From Patescibacteria group bacterium (GTDB taxonomy: Bacteria; Patescibacteriota; Minisyncoccia; Minisyncoccales; Staskawiczbacteraceae), in the NCBI GenBank assembly GCA_038063015.1, contig JBBTVX010000001.1, forward strand, positions 2,772 through 66,771: a stretch of DNA of 64,000 nucleotides. Reading direction: 5' to 3'. Below, piece after piece: positions 9,698 to 19,730 of this stretch. The position numbers and the translations under genes were made by a program. Under the pieces are notes generated by a model. It saw only the letters and a program-made list of their open reading frames with translations, was not told where the DNA came from and ran no database searches. Each line of letters starts with the position of its first letter. The stretch's first letter is position 1.

Positions 9698-10060
9698 CTA
9701 GTCCCCTTTAATTATGCGCTTTGAATCTTCTTCAAAATGAGTAGTGGAAAATTCAAAAAGATTTGAGTCTTCCAGAGCTGTCATTTGATGCCTTAGGCTT
9801 GTTGGTATTTCAAGGCAATCGCCAGGCGAAAAAATATAGGATTCCGCAGATAGAATATCGTCGCTCCAGCTTATTTTTATTTCCATTTTTCCTGAAAAAA
9901 GATAAAATGTTTCATGTTTTTTTTCATGATAATGAAAACTGCATTTTTTTCCTTTTTCAAAAAACAACAACTTTCCGCAATATTCCCTATTATTTATCCA
10001 GTCCTCAAAACCCCACCCCTTTTTGTGTCTTTCGGGTTTATATGGCTTTGGCGTTTCCAT
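9698..10060 (-). CDS. Cupin-domain protein (small sugar isomerase/epimerase-like)
   Basis: 120 aa with KGWGFEDWI...GKLLFFEKGKKCSFHYHEKKHETFYLFSG, the cupin motif with its His cluster. Confidence 0.6.
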   Translation of the reverse strand: METPKPYKPERHKKGWGFEDWINNREYCGKLLFFEKGKKCSFHYHEKKHETFYLFSGKMEIKISWSDDILSAESYIFSPGDCLEIPTSLRHQMTALEDSNLFEFSTTHFEEDSKRIIKGD

Positions 10061-11099
10061 TTTTCAAAATTTGGTTAATTTTATTAAAAACTATTTCCGG
10101 AGTTATTTTTTTTAAACACTCGTGCTTCCTGGAGAAATCATATTTTGGGGTAAAAATATCATGATAGCGGTATCTGCATTTTTCTAAAATTATGTGAACC
10201 CTCGGGCCAACAGGTCCTGTTCTTCCATGAATAGTAGGTCCGAAAATAGCAATTAAATCAGTGTTTGTTGCGGCGGCAATATGGCTGAGACCCGTGTCTG
10301 AAGAAACAAATATCCTGCACCTGTCAATTAAAATAGCAACCTGGCTGAGGGTCAGCCCGATTGCGGGCATAGAATTTTTTCCTAAATAATTTTTAACTTC
10401 AGAACAAAGATTTTTTTCGCCCGATGACCCAAATAAAAGAATAAGGGCGTTCTGATGGCTGTTTAAAATTTTTCTGCCCAATTCAATAAAATTTTCTTTA
10501 GGCCACAATTTAAATTGCTGAGCTGTGCCCGACCCTATTGAAAACCCGATTAAAATTTTATTTCCTAAATTATTTTTTAAAATAAATTCTTCGGCAAATT
10601 GTTTATCGCTTTCGCTTCTTTCAAAAAAAGGTGGCGGCGGATTTTCTATTTTTATGCCTAAAGATTTCAATATTTTCAAATTCGCCTCTATTTTATGCAA
10701 ATCTCCGTCTAATTTTATTTGATGGCTGTAAAAAGGCAGTTTGAATTTTCTATATTCGCCAACGCTATTTTTTCCGCTGATTAAGAAAGCAAACAAGCTT
10801 CCTTTAATATGATTCACGCCGCTGGCGATAAAAACCAAATCGTATCTTTCCTTTTTAAGCTTTAATATCAATTTAATTTTATCTAAAAATTTATTCTTCT
10901 GAAAATTAAAAAAGAAAATTTTATTGATAATCAAAGAATCTTGAAAAATTCCCGTCTTGCCCGTAGTATGGCTTACAAAAATATCTATTACTGAATCCGG
11001 AAAATTATTTTTCAAAATTTGCAGAGCAGGAGAAAACATTATCAAGTCGCCGATTCCTCCGGGATTTATTATTAAAATTTTATGAAAAATCCCGGGCAT
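10038..11099 (-). CDS. Glycosyltransferase family 9 (ADP-heptose-dependent heptosyltransferase-like)
   Basis: ILIINPGGIGDLIMFSPALQILK N-terminus, KLWPKENFIELG, SSDTGLSHIAAATNTDLIAIFGPT. This is the classic GT9 pattern. Confidence 0.75.
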   Translation of the reverse strand: MPGIFHKILIINPGGIGDLIMFSPALQILKNNFPDSVIDIFVSHTTGKTGIFQDSLIINKIFFFNFQKNKFLDKIKLILKLKKERYDLVFIASGVNHIKGSLFAFLISGKNSVGEYRKFKLPFYSHQIKLDGDLHKIEANLKILKSLGIKIENPPPPFFERSESDKQFAEEFILKNNLGNKILIGFSIGSGTAQQFKLWPKENFIELGRKILNSHQNALILLFGSSGEKNLCSEVKNYLGKNSMPAIGLTLSQVAILIDRCRIFVSSDTGLSHIAAATNTDLIAIFGPTIHGRTGPVGPRVHIILEKCRYRYHDIFTPKYDFSRKHECLKKITPEIVFNKINQILKNGNAKAI

Positions 11100-11103
11100 A
11101 AAA

Positions 11104-11868
11104 TTAAGGTTTTTTAAAATATACTCCCGTATAATCTATTTTAATCAGTTCCGGGTTTATCTTTTTTTCTATAAAAAACTCGTCTAAGGCCTTTTTAGCG
11201 CCCTCCCAATGGCCATAATCGTCTAAAACAATATATCCTCCGATTATAACATTATCGTACAGGTTTTCAAGGCAGCATTTTGTTGACTCATACCAATCGC
11301 CATCCAGCCTTAAAAACGCAATTTTGCCTATTTTTTCTTTATCTTTCGGCAAAATGTCCTGAAACCAGCCCTTGCTAATTACAATATTTTCTTTATTCAA
11401 TTTTAAAATTTTAAAGAAAATTTCTTCTACATCCTTTAAAGGGGCCACGCATTTATCAATTGTTTTAAGGTTTCCCTCTGTTTTACTTAAAGCATAATCC
11501 CTTGCCGTTTGTCCATCTTCTACTGTTGGCTCCGGCAGACCCTCAAAAGAATCAAATAGCCATATCTTTCTATTAGAACCGAATTTTTGCGCCACAAAGG
11601 CCATAACAGCAACACAACCGCCCCTCCAAACCCCGCATTCAGCAAAAACGCCCGCTATTTTATTTTTTTCAATTAAATTTGCCAATTCGTAAACATTAGA
11701 CAATCTTGCATGCCCAACCATTGTATAAGGATATACTTTTTTAAATAACCATAATTTTTTAAAATTAAAAAAATCTTTTAGAGGAATGCTTTTTATAAAA
11801 ATTATCTTTTTGGCAAAGCTAAACAAAATTTTATTTTTTCTAATTATGTTTTTAAGTTGTTTTATCAT
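11104..11868 (-). CDS. TylF/MycF-family (macrocin-type) SAM-dependent O-methyltransferase
   Basis: GVFAECGVWRGGC, LFDSFEGLP, LRLDGDWYEST. These are typical of the TylF family. Confidence 0.7.
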   Translation of the reverse strand: MIKQLKNIIRKNKILFSFAKKIIFIKSIPLKDFFNFKKLWLFKKVYPYTMVGHARLSNVYELANLIEKNKIAGVFAECGVWRGGCVAVMAFVAQKFGSNRKIWLFDSFEGLPEPTVEDGQTARDYALSKTEGNLKTIDKCVAPLKDVEEIFFKILKLNKENIVISKGWFQDILPKDKEKIGKIAFLRLDGDWYESTKCCLENLYDNVIIGGYIVLDDYGHWEGAKKALDEFFIEKKINPELIKIDYTGVYFKKP

Positions 11869-13006
11869 TTTCTAAAAATTGCCACTCTTTAATAATATTT
11901 TTAATATTAAAATCTTCCGCTCTTTGTTTTGATTTTTCAATTAAATTATCTGATAATTTTTTATCGGTTAATACTTTTATTACGGCCCCTGCCAGTTCTT
12001 TTTTACTGTTTGTCAAAGAATCAATGGGCGTTAAAATTCCAAACTCTGCGTATTCAATATCCTTTATTTGGTATTTTATATCGGTTCCCGGGGCTAAAAT
12101 TTCTCTTGGCCCGGATTTGCAATCTGTTGATATAATAGGAAGGCCGCAGGCCATTGCTTCCAAAATCGAACAAGGCAATCCTTCCCGCAAAGAAGATAAA
12201 ACAAATACTTTTGCTTTGGCTAAAAATTTAAACGGATTATCTTGGCGACCCAATAAATATACGCTATCTCCGAGGTCCAATTCTTTGATTAGTTGTTCTA
12301 AGGGTTCTTTATTGTCTCCGGTTCCTAAAATTATTAATTTAGCCGTTTTGACCTTATTTTTTATTTCTTTAAACGCTTTTATCAGAGAGGAGTGATTTTT
12401 TTCCCCAGAGAGCCGTCCCATAGTAATTATTACCGGATTGTTAAAAATTTTTTGATACTTTGGTTCAATGGGCAAAATTGACGATTTTTTAATCTTTTCT
12501 ACATTTATCGGATTAAAAATAATTTTAATTTTTTCTTTTTTAATTCCGAAATTACTTATTAGGTCTTCGGCTACTGTTTTTGAAACACAAATAATTTTTT
12601 TTGATTTATTGAAAAATAATTTAATTAAAATTTTTTCAATAAAACCGCCGTGCGATTTTGACCAAAGGCTGTGCGCGCCTATTAATGTTTTTGAAGAACT
12701 CGATAAAAGTCCCATTAAATCGGCCGGAAAACCAAAAGTGATTATATAATCGGGATTTTCTTCTTCAACTATTTTTTTAAATAAAAAAAATCCTTTTAAA
12801 AAATAGTGTATTTTAAGCGGGAAATTGTTGGAAAATGACATGCCTAAAGAAATTAATTTTCCTTTGTATGGATAAAAAATATCGTTTTTAAACAAAACAA
12901 TGATTCTTTCAATTGAGCTTGGCAGGTTTAAAGACAGCTCAGACACCACCCTTTCTCCGCCTCCCATGCTTAAAGTGGGAATTAAAAAAATAATTTTTTT
13001 GGGCAT
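11852..13006 (-). CDS. Glycosyltransferase family 4 (GT-B)
   Basis: SMGGGERVV N-terminus and EGLPCSILEAMACGLPIISTDCKSGPREIL C-terminal motif. Confidence 0.85.
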   Translation of the reverse strand: MPKKIIFLIPTLSMGGGERVVSELSLNLPSSIERIIVLFKNDIFYPYKGKLISLGMSFSNNFPLKIHYFLKGFFLFKKIVEEENPDYIITFGFPADLMGLLSSSSKTLIGAHSLWSKSHGGFIEKILIKLFFNKSKKIICVSKTVAEDLISNFGIKKEKIKIIFNPINVEKIKKSSILPIEPKYQKIFNNPVIITMGRLSGEKNHSSLIKAFKEIKNKVKTAKLIILGTGDNKEPLEQLIKELDLGDSVYLLGRQDNPFKFLAKAKVFVLSSLREGLPCSILEAMACGLPIISTDCKSGPREILAPGTDIKYQIKDIEYAEFGILTPIDSLTNSKKELAGAVIKVLTDKKLSDNLIEKSKQRAEDFNIKNIIKEWQFLENDKTT

Positions 13007-13009
13007 AAT

Positions 13010-13957
13010 TTAAAAAAATTTTGACTCTTTAAGCTCAATTAGCATCGTCCCGTTGTTTCGTTTAAAAATTTTACCTATAACCCATAAAAACGCTGCTGGA
13101 ATAGTTCCTATTAAGTAATTTTTGAAACAGCCTAAAAAATAAACAGTTTTGAGAAAAATTAAGGATTCTTGCTTGTTTTTTGAGGCATATAAAGATTTGC
13201 CGGCCAATCCAGTCCTGAACCCGCTGGTCATCGCCTCTGAAAAAGTTTTGAATTGCTCTACATAATCAATGCGAGATATGCTAAATCCTTTTTTTTGGAA
13301 TATATTTGAAATTGCCTGCTTGTTCCATCTGGTAAAATAATGAGGCGGAAAATCCCAATGATTTAAATTAACCAGCATTCTTTCCCTGGAAGGCGCGTTT
13401 AGAACTATCATGCCATTGGTTTTTAACAAGTTTTTAACATTTTGAATAAATTCCAATGGGTCGTCTAAATAACCTATCACCGCTAAACAACTAATGATAT
13501 CAAACTTAGGCAAGTCCGTTTTTTTAAAAAAATCATCAAAAGATAACGCGAAAACATTTTTCAGGCCGAAATGCTCCCTGGCAATTCTAATATTTTCTTT
13601 GTCAAAATCCACGCCCCAAACTTCACAGCCTCTTTTTTGAAGCTCTGCGATAAACTCGCCTGCCGCGCAACCCAAATCTAAAATTCTTGCGCCTTTAGGA
13701 AAATTTTTGTGCGTTTTTAAAAATTTCTTATGGTATCCCGTATAAATTCCCGGCTTAACATTATTTTTTATCCTAAAAGCTTTTTCTTCATACCAACTGA
13801 GTCCGGGAATTTCTATGGGTAGCCAAAACTGAACTGAACATTCAGGGCATTGATATAAAGAAAATTTATCTGATTTTTTTTCAAAATCTCTGATAAATTT
13901 AAATTTTTTGCCCTGCCGGCAAATCGGACAAATTTTAGGGCAGTTTTGAAATGGCAT
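13010..13957 (-). CDS. Class I SAM methyltransferase with N-terminal Cys4 zinc ribbon
   Basis: CPICRQG...CPEC followed by ILDLGCAAGEF (SAM motif I). Confidence 0.75.
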   Translation of the reverse strand: MPFQNCPKICPICRQGKKFKFIRDFEKKSDKFSLYQCPECSVQFWLPIEIPGLSWYEEKAFRIKNNVKPGIYTGYHKKFLKTHKNFPKGARILDLGCAAGEFIAELQKRGCEVWGVDFDKENIRIAREHFGLKNVFALSFDDFFKKTDLPKFDIISCLAVIGYLDDPLEFIQNVKNLLKTNGMIVLNAPSRERMLVNLNHWDFPPHYFTRWNKQAISNIFQKKGFSISRIDYVEQFKTFSEAMTSGFRTGLAGKSLYASKNKQESLIFLKTVYFLGCFKNYLIGTIPAAFLWVIGKIFKRNNGTMLIELKESKFF

Positions 13958-15377
13958 ATTTTTTCAAACTTAAATATATTAATTTATAATCATTAATATC
14001 TTCCTTTTGGCCTACTGAAATAATACTGCCCTTAATCGTATTTCTAAAACAAGAAACAATAAAACGGCAGTTGATATCCTCTAAATTATCTACGCTTGGC
14101 TTGTTGATTAAATCGTTTTTTATCTTATCTTTTAATTCTTCAAAATTTTTTATTTTTTGGCATAAAGGATGATAAAAATAAGATACGTTTCCTAAAACAT
14201 AGGTTATCTTGCCGGCAAGAGCCGCTTCCATGCCAATGGTGCCGGTCAAAGTAATAACAGCCGATGATTTTTTTACAATCTGCCCCACATTCTCGTGCGG
14301 AGAAATTAAAACCGCATTGGGCAATTCTTTTAGTTTTTTATAAAAACTTCCCGGTCTCAGCCCGATACAGCCCGGATGCTCTTTTATGTACAATTTATAT
14401 GGAAAGGGCAGGGCAAAGGCGATATTTTTAATAGTGCTCAGCTGATCGGAATAATAAGTTGCCCAAATAGATGTAGAGGCTTCTGGCGGACCCTGTAAAG
14501 GATAAAAGAAAAAAATATCGCTGTTGCTGGTTTTAGAAAAAATATTCTTTTGGAATAGCGTCCTAATCTTTCTTCTCTCCGCTCTCCATGGGGTAACGAG
14601 CGCATACCTTAAAGCAATTTCGGTTTCGTAATCAAAATTTTTAAAATTCTTGATTTTTAAAAAACAACTCAATAAAAAGGGGACCTCTTTTATTATTCTT
14701 TTAATATAATATGTAAAGATATTGAATTGGGTAAGATAACTTCCCGCTATGCCTAATTTAAAATAAGAAGGCAGATTCTCATGGGATATAAATTTTTGTA
14801 TAAAATTTTGGACAAATTTTTTTTCTTTTTCCGATATATCAGTATCTTTAATTTCTTTAAAAGTTTTTTCGTATTTTGAAAAAGTAAATTCTAAATCGTA
14901 AATGTCTAACCGGCCCTCAAATCTAGAGCTACCTAATCCAAAATACGGTATATTGTTTTTCCTGCAAAAACTATAAGCAATTTCATGGAATAAACCGGCT
15001 GGCGGTTCGCCTATTATTGCGTCTGGTTTTTCCTGTTGAAAAAGAAATTCAAAGAATTGATGGGTTTGGGATATTATATTAAATGAATTATTATAATTGA
15101 AAAAACCTGACGGTTTATATCTATCAAAAGTAGGAAATAATTCTTTCCATGACAAATCGCCAAACTCTTTTCGGTCTGACTTATAATTTTCAACGCACCA
15201 GTCAACCCTGGAAATAATCTTGGCTTTATCGGGAAAAACTTTCTTTTTTGTGAATTCAACAATTTTGCTATTCATAGCAATTAAACATTCATCTCCTTGT
15301 TCTATTGCCTGACCGGCTAATTTAGCGAAAAATTCCGGAAAAAACGAAGAGTTGTTTACTATAAAAATCCATTTCAT
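13935..15377 (-). CDS. Capsule_synth (KpsS/KpsC-like) family protein, candidate CMP-ulosonic-acid transferase
   Basis: 480 aa. YIKEHPG and LTGTIGMEAALAGKITYVLG resemble the KpsS/KpsC beta-Kdo transferase family. Family assignment is by eye only. Confidence 0.45.
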   Translation of the reverse strand: MKWIFIVNNSSFFPEFFAKLAGQAIEQGDECLIAMNSKIVEFTKKKVFPDKAKIISRVDWCVENYKSDRKEFGDLSWKELFPTFDRYKPSGFFNYNNSFNIISQTHQFFEFLFQQEKPDAIIGEPPAGLFHEIAYSFCRKNNIPYFGLGSSRFEGRLDIYDLEFTFSKYEKTFKEIKDTDISEKEKKFVQNFIQKFISHENLPSYFKLGIAGSYLTQFNIFTYYIKRIIKEVPFLLSCFLKIKNFKNFDYETEIALRYALVTPWRAERRKIRTLFQKNIFSKTSNSDIFFFYPLQGPPEASTSIWATYYSDQLSTIKNIAFALPFPYKLYIKEHPGCIGLRPGSFYKKLKELPNAVLISPHENVGQIVKKSSAVITLTGTIGMEAALAGKITYVLGNVSYFYHPLCQKIKNFEELKDKIKNDLINKPSVDNLEDINCRFIVSCFRNTIKGSIISVGQKEDINDYKLIYLSLKKYAISKLP

Positions 15378-16837
15378 ATTTGTGTGTTTTTAATAGGCGA
15401 TTTAATTAATTCTCTTAAAAAAGCGAATTCTTTTTTTCCAATGCCTCTGAATAAAAATATCAAAATGCTATAAACAAAAACACCGTAGATAATTGACAAT
15501 ACAACATTAAACATACCCCAAGGATCAAGCCATCTTATAAATAAAATCATCAAAATTGACGCCGCTATGCTTTTGACCATAAAATTCCAATCAATTTTAA
15601 ATTTAAGTTCTTTAAAGGCGAAGTGCCATATCAAAACGAAAACGCAAAAATAAGATATAAAAGTAATAATAGCTGCGGCCATAATTCCAAACATGGGTAT
15701 GAAAATTGCGTTTAGCCCTAAATTGATAAAAGCCGCCACGCCCCAGATAGCCGCGATAAGTTTTGTCTTTTTGGCAAGAAATAAAATTTGGTTGAAAAAA
15801 CAAGCAATGCCATACACAAACATAGCCGCCGCTATAAAGGGAACTGTAAAATAAGCGTTAGCGGCGATTTCTTTGGTGGAAAGAATCTCAAGCAATTGGC
15901 GGGATAAAATAGACACCCCAAAAACCGCAGGGGTCATTATCAATAAAAAATATTTCAAAGAATAGCTTAAATATTTTTTAACTTCATCAAAATTATTATC
16001 ATCAAAAAACTTAGGCAAAACTATCGTCAATATAGATGTAATGGGAATAATAAAAAAGACTAAAAGCATTCCGACAGAATAAGCCGGCGCATAATAGCCT
16101 ACAAAAAGTATGCCTAAAAACAATCCAATAATATATCTATCGGCTGAAGCAACTACCCAATAAGAAAAATTATTAGTCATTGTGGGCATGCCAAAACGCA
16201 AATAATCTTTTATTAATGAAAAATCAGGAATTTTTATGCCGATTTTTTTAATAATATAAATAAATAAAATTAAAAATATCGCTATTCTGCCCAATAAAAG
16301 AGAAAAAACCGCGCCGTACAGTCCCCAGCCAAAAGTGATTGCCCCAATTATTAATCCTGTCTCTCCAAGCGTTTTTAGAATTGAAAACCCAAAATATCTC
16401 TCTATTTCTTTTCTAGTTTGAATTACGATTAAAAATGCTGAATTTAATGATTCAAAAACAATTATTAAGGCAAGAAGTTTAACAAATACCGGGGCAAATT
16501 GAAAAAAAGCGGCTGTTGGGCCTGAGAATACTATTAAAATTAAAGCCATTATTAAGGTAACGCCAGAAGTAAAAATCAATGAAGAATAAACGCCCTCTTG
16601 AACTTTTTCTCTATTTTTTTCTCCCGATAAAAATCTAAGCAAAGAGTCTTGTAAGCCAAAAAAACCAAAAGGAATCAACAGGCCTATTGTGGCCTTTATT
16701 TGGACCCAAATGCCATAATCTCCGGCTCCTAAAATTTTCGTGATAATAGGCAAAAAAATCAAGCTCTGGATAACTCCCGATGCGTGAAGCGCGCCTATAA
16801 GAAAGGTGTGTTTTGCGAATTTAAAATATGAATACAT
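15374..16837 (-). CDS. Polysaccharide flippase, MOP/Wzx-like (second copy)
   Basis: 487 aa and hydrophobic throughout. It has the polysaccharide-biosynthesis-protein architecture. Confidence 0.7.
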   Translation of the reverse strand: MYSYFKFAKHTFLIGALHASGVIQSLIFLPIITKILGAGDYGIWVQIKATIGLLIPFGFFGLQDSLLRFLSGEKNREKVQEGVYSSLIFTSGVTLIMALILIVFSGPTAAFFQFAPVFVKLLALIIVFESLNSAFLIVIQTRKEIERYFGFSILKTLGETGLIIGAITFGWGLYGAVFSLLLGRIAIFLILFIYIIKKIGIKIPDFSLIKDYLRFGMPTMTNNFSYWVVASADRYIIGLFLGILFVGYYAPAYSVGMLLVFFIIPITSILTIVLPKFFDDNNFDEVKKYLSYSLKYFLLIMTPAVFGVSILSRQLLEILSTKEIAANAYFTVPFIAAAMFVYGIACFFNQILFLAKKTKLIAAIWGVAAFINLGLNAIFIPMFGIMAAAIITFISYFCVFVLIWHFAFKELKFKIDWNFMVKSIAASILMILFIRWLDPWGMFNVVLSIIYGVFVYSILIFLFRGIGKKEFAFLRELIKSPIKNTQI

Positions 16838-16859
16838 TTTTTAAAATTATTCCAAGGAA

Positions 16860-18005
16860 TTAATGCGGCTGCTCGTTTCTTCTTCTTGTGCCTTGGGATG
16901 TTGAATAAGCGGCGTCGCTTACAAAATCCCATTTCCTTTTCCACTCTTTACCATGTCTAATTATTAATAAACCTTTATAGCAGAGCCTTAAAATTATTGA
17001 TGGAATTAGAAAAAGAGTTGAAAAAACCAAAGAAAATATCAATGCGTCTATAAATGCTGAATTTTTAAAAAACAATCTCAGACAGCCAAAATAAGAAAAA
17101 TAATTATAATTTTTAAATGCTTTCGTTGCCATCATATCAACAACAACCCCCCATCTCAATCCCCTGTATCTTTTGACAATCAAGGGCGCATAATCATTGT
17201 TCATGTGTTTATAAGACAATAACAAATTATTCAATTTTCTTTGCATTTGATAATGCAGAATAAATTTATCTTCAATATAATATTTATATTGAGATAATTC
17301 TTGGCATACTATTTCTTTGTTAAATACAATGCCGTTAAGATAAGGGTATTTTAAAAACATTAAAGAAAACAACACCATGTGCATATGGCTGGTCCCGATT
17401 CCTTTCTCAACAAAAGTTTTGTCTTCCGCCAATAATCCTTTAAGCGGTTTATTGTTATAGATTAATATTGATATAAAGGCGATTTGAGGAAAACTTAAGC
17501 CAATAATATCTTTTCTGTCTATTTTAATAATCTCGGGTTTATTTCTGTTAAAAGTATTGATAATAGTCATTTCTTTCCCTGTTTTTTTGTTGGAAAGATA
17601 TGAATTTACTCTAAGAACAATCAATCCAATATCTTTTTTATAATTTTCTTTATTTTTTTTCAGAAAATTTACAACCGTATCCAAACCATCGCTTACAATA
17701 TGGTCATCGTCGCCAAATGTCCAGATAAAATCTCCCTCGCACATTTCCGCCACTTTAATTATATTTGCGTCAACGCCTAAGTTTTTTTCGTTCTCGTTGT
17801 ATTTTATTATCAAATCCGGATATTTTTTTTGAAAACCAAAAACAACTTCCCTGGTATTGTCTGCCGAACCGTTATTAGAAATGCATATTTCAACTTCGCC
17901 TTTCAACTTTTTTGCTTGGGGTAAAACATTATTCAAAAGCTTTTCTAAAAAAACGGCTCTATTATAGGTCGGGATAGTAAAGCTTAGTAAAATTTTATTA
18001 TCCAT
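16860..18005 (-). CDS. Glycosyltransferase family 2 with C-terminal membrane segments
   Basis: FTIPTYNRAVFLEKLLNNVL, ISNNGSADNT and FGDDDH (DxD-like) motifs. Confidence 0.8.
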   Translation of the reverse strand: MDNKILLSFTIPTYNRAVFLEKLLNNVLPQAKKLKGEVEICISNNGSADNTREVVFGFQKKYPDLIIKYNENEKNLGVDANIIKVAEMCEGDFIWTFGDDDHIVSDGLDTVVNFLKKNKENYKKDIGLIVLRVNSYLSNKKTGKEMTIINTFNRNKPEIIKIDRKDIIGLSFPQIAFISILIYNNKPLKGLLAEDKTFVEKGIGTSHMHMVLFSLMFLKYPYLNGIVFNKEIVCQELSQYKYYIEDKFILHYQMQRKLNNLLLSYKHMNNDYAPLIVKRYRGLRWGVVVDMMATKAFKNYNYFSYFGCLRLFFKNSAFIDALIFSLVFSTLFLIPSIILRLCYKGLLIIRHGKEWKRKWDFVSDAAYSTSQGTRRRNEQPH

Positions 18006-18007
18006 AA

Positions 18008-18796
18008 TTATATCTTTTTACCGATAAATATTACGCAAGGGCTGAATAACCTTGTTTCAAAACCTTTGTTTTTAAAAACTAAATGGCAAAAAGGGTTTAA
18101 AATATATTCTAAACTGTATATAATTTTTAAAATTTTGTAACGGAAATTTTTGTTTGACATCGGAACTCTTAGTTTATAAGTCCCGTAATTTTTACAAAAT
18201 AGCTCCTGGACATTTTCTTTCTTGCACAATAACCTTAAATATTCTTCTTCCATTATTTCTAAGTTATGAAGAGACAAAAGGTCCGGTCTAAATATTTTAA
18301 ATTTTAAATAATTGAACCCTTTTAGGCGCGGTATTTGTATAAAAAATATTCCTCCTTTTTTTAAAATCTGCAAATGAATATCCACGGCTTTTTCCGACGG
18401 CATAATGTGCTCTATAAACCCGTAAGAATAAACCACATCAAAATACTCTTTATATTTTTCTAAAATATCTTTATTAAAAACATCTCCTTCAATCACATTT
18501 ATTCCCCTTTCTTTGGCTTGGTTAATTGGTCCCTTGGCAAACTCAATTCCATAAGGCTCGCAATTAAAATTATCCGCAATTTTTTTTAATAATTTTCCGT
18601 CGCCAGAGCCAATTTCGCAAATTTTAACTTCATGTCTATTTTTTCTATTAACCGAAAAATGTTTTGCCAAAATACTGTCATGCAAAAAAATATCGTAAGA
18701 ACTGAAAAATCCAACCTTAGGATTTATTTTTTCCTCTTTATAGTACTTATTCCACAACTCCGCAGATTGCTTATTTTCTACTGAATTATTTTCCAT
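18008..18796 (-). CDS. Class I SAM methyltransferase
   Basis: ICEIGSGDGKLL motif I and YSYGFIEHI motif. Confidence 0.7.
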   Translation of the reverse strand: MENNSVENKQSAELWNKYYKEEKINPKVGFFSSYDIFLHDSILAKHFSVNRKNRHEVKICEIGSGDGKLLKKIADNFNCEPYGIEFAKGPINQAKERGINVIEGDVFNKDILEKYKEYFDVVYSYGFIEHIMPSEKAVDIHLQILKKGGIFFIQIPRLKGFNYLKFKIFRPDLLSLHNLEIMEEEYLRLLCKKENVQELFCKNYGTYKLRVPMSNKNFRYKILKIIYSLEYILNPFCHLVFKNKGFETRLFSPCVIFIGKKI

Positions 18797-19730
18797 TTTT
18801 TAATAAAGTTTTTTTATACCATTTTAGTGTTTCTTTAATTCCTTCTTCAAAACTTGTTTTTGGCTGCCAATTTAATTTTTCTCTTGCTTTTGTCCAGTCA
18901 AGATACTGCTCTGGTATTTCGTTTTTCGCAATATTCAAAATTTTATAATTTATTTTCTTTCCCAACGCTTCTTCTGCCTGTTTCACGACATCCAAAACAC
19001 TAAAAATATTTTTTGAGCCGAAGTTAAACGCTTCACCCCAGTTTTCCTTATGGCTTGCCAGCTTTATACAGCCACCAACAATGTCTTTTATATAAGTGTA
19101 TTCTCTTACCATTTTTCCATCGCTTCTTATCAAAAGTTCTTTGTTTTTTACCACTGATTCCATGATTCCCGGAATTATTCTTGAAAAATTAAGGTCTCCA
19201 GGACCAAAAACATTGCTAAATCTTGTTATAACGACTGGCATTTTATATGTGGTAAAATAAGCTCTTGCTATTAAGTCGGCAGATGATTTTGAAGCATCAT
19301 AAGGGTGGTCGCCCTTTAACGGAGAGGATTCTTTATACGGCAGTTTTTCCGCTTTGCCATATGCCTTGTCTGAAGAAACAACAACAATCGATTCTACACC
19401 TTTTTGCTTTCTGCATGCCTCTAAAATATTTACAGTGCCCATAATATTCACTTCAATCGCTTCATAAGGATTTTTATACGCATCTTCAACCAGGGGTCTG
19501 GCGGCCAGATGAAAAATGATTTCTGGCTTTTCTTTTTCAAAAATCTCGTTAATCTTTCTGCTCCTGACATCAATTTTGTAAAACTTGGCTTTAGGGCTTA
19601 TATTTTCTTTTCTGCCGGAAGACAAATCGTCTAAAACAATTACTTTGTTGTTTTGCTTTATTAATTCGTCTGACAGATTAGACCCGATAAATCCGGCTCC
19701 TCCGGTTATTAATACTTTTTTTGCTTTCAT
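18786..19730 (-). CDS. Nucleotide-sugar 4,6-dehydratase/epimerase (extended SDR), probable partner of rfbF
   Basis: VLITGGAGFIGSN, SSDKAYG, YDASKSSADL. Start chosen at ATG 19730, which forms an ATGA overlap with the rfbF stop. The track ORF begins at a TTG (19766), and ATGs at 19748 and 19739 are alternatives. Confidence 0.7.
   Translation of the reverse strand: MKAKKVLITGGAGFIGSNLSDELIKQNNKVIVLDDLSSGRKENISPKAKFYKIDVRSRKINEIFEKEKPEIIFHLAARPLVEDAYKNPYEAIEVNIMGTVNILEACRKQKGVESIVVVSSDKAYGKAEKLPYKESSPLKGDHPYDASKSSADLIARAYFTTYKMPVVITRFSNVFGPGDLNFSRIIPGIMESVVKNKELLIRSDGKMVREYTYIKDIVGGCIKLASHKENWGEAFNFGSKNIFSVLDVVKQAEEALGKKINYKILNIAKNEIPEQYLDWTKAREKLNWQPKTSFEEGIKETLKWYKKTLLKNGK

Noticed and set aside
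10038-11099. GT9 heptosyltransferase as evidence of an LPS inner-core pathway
   Set aside because: No lpx, waaA/kdtA, kds or other core genes are in the window. The surrounding genes point to surface-glycan or glycoprotein synthesis. A whole-genome check is still needed.
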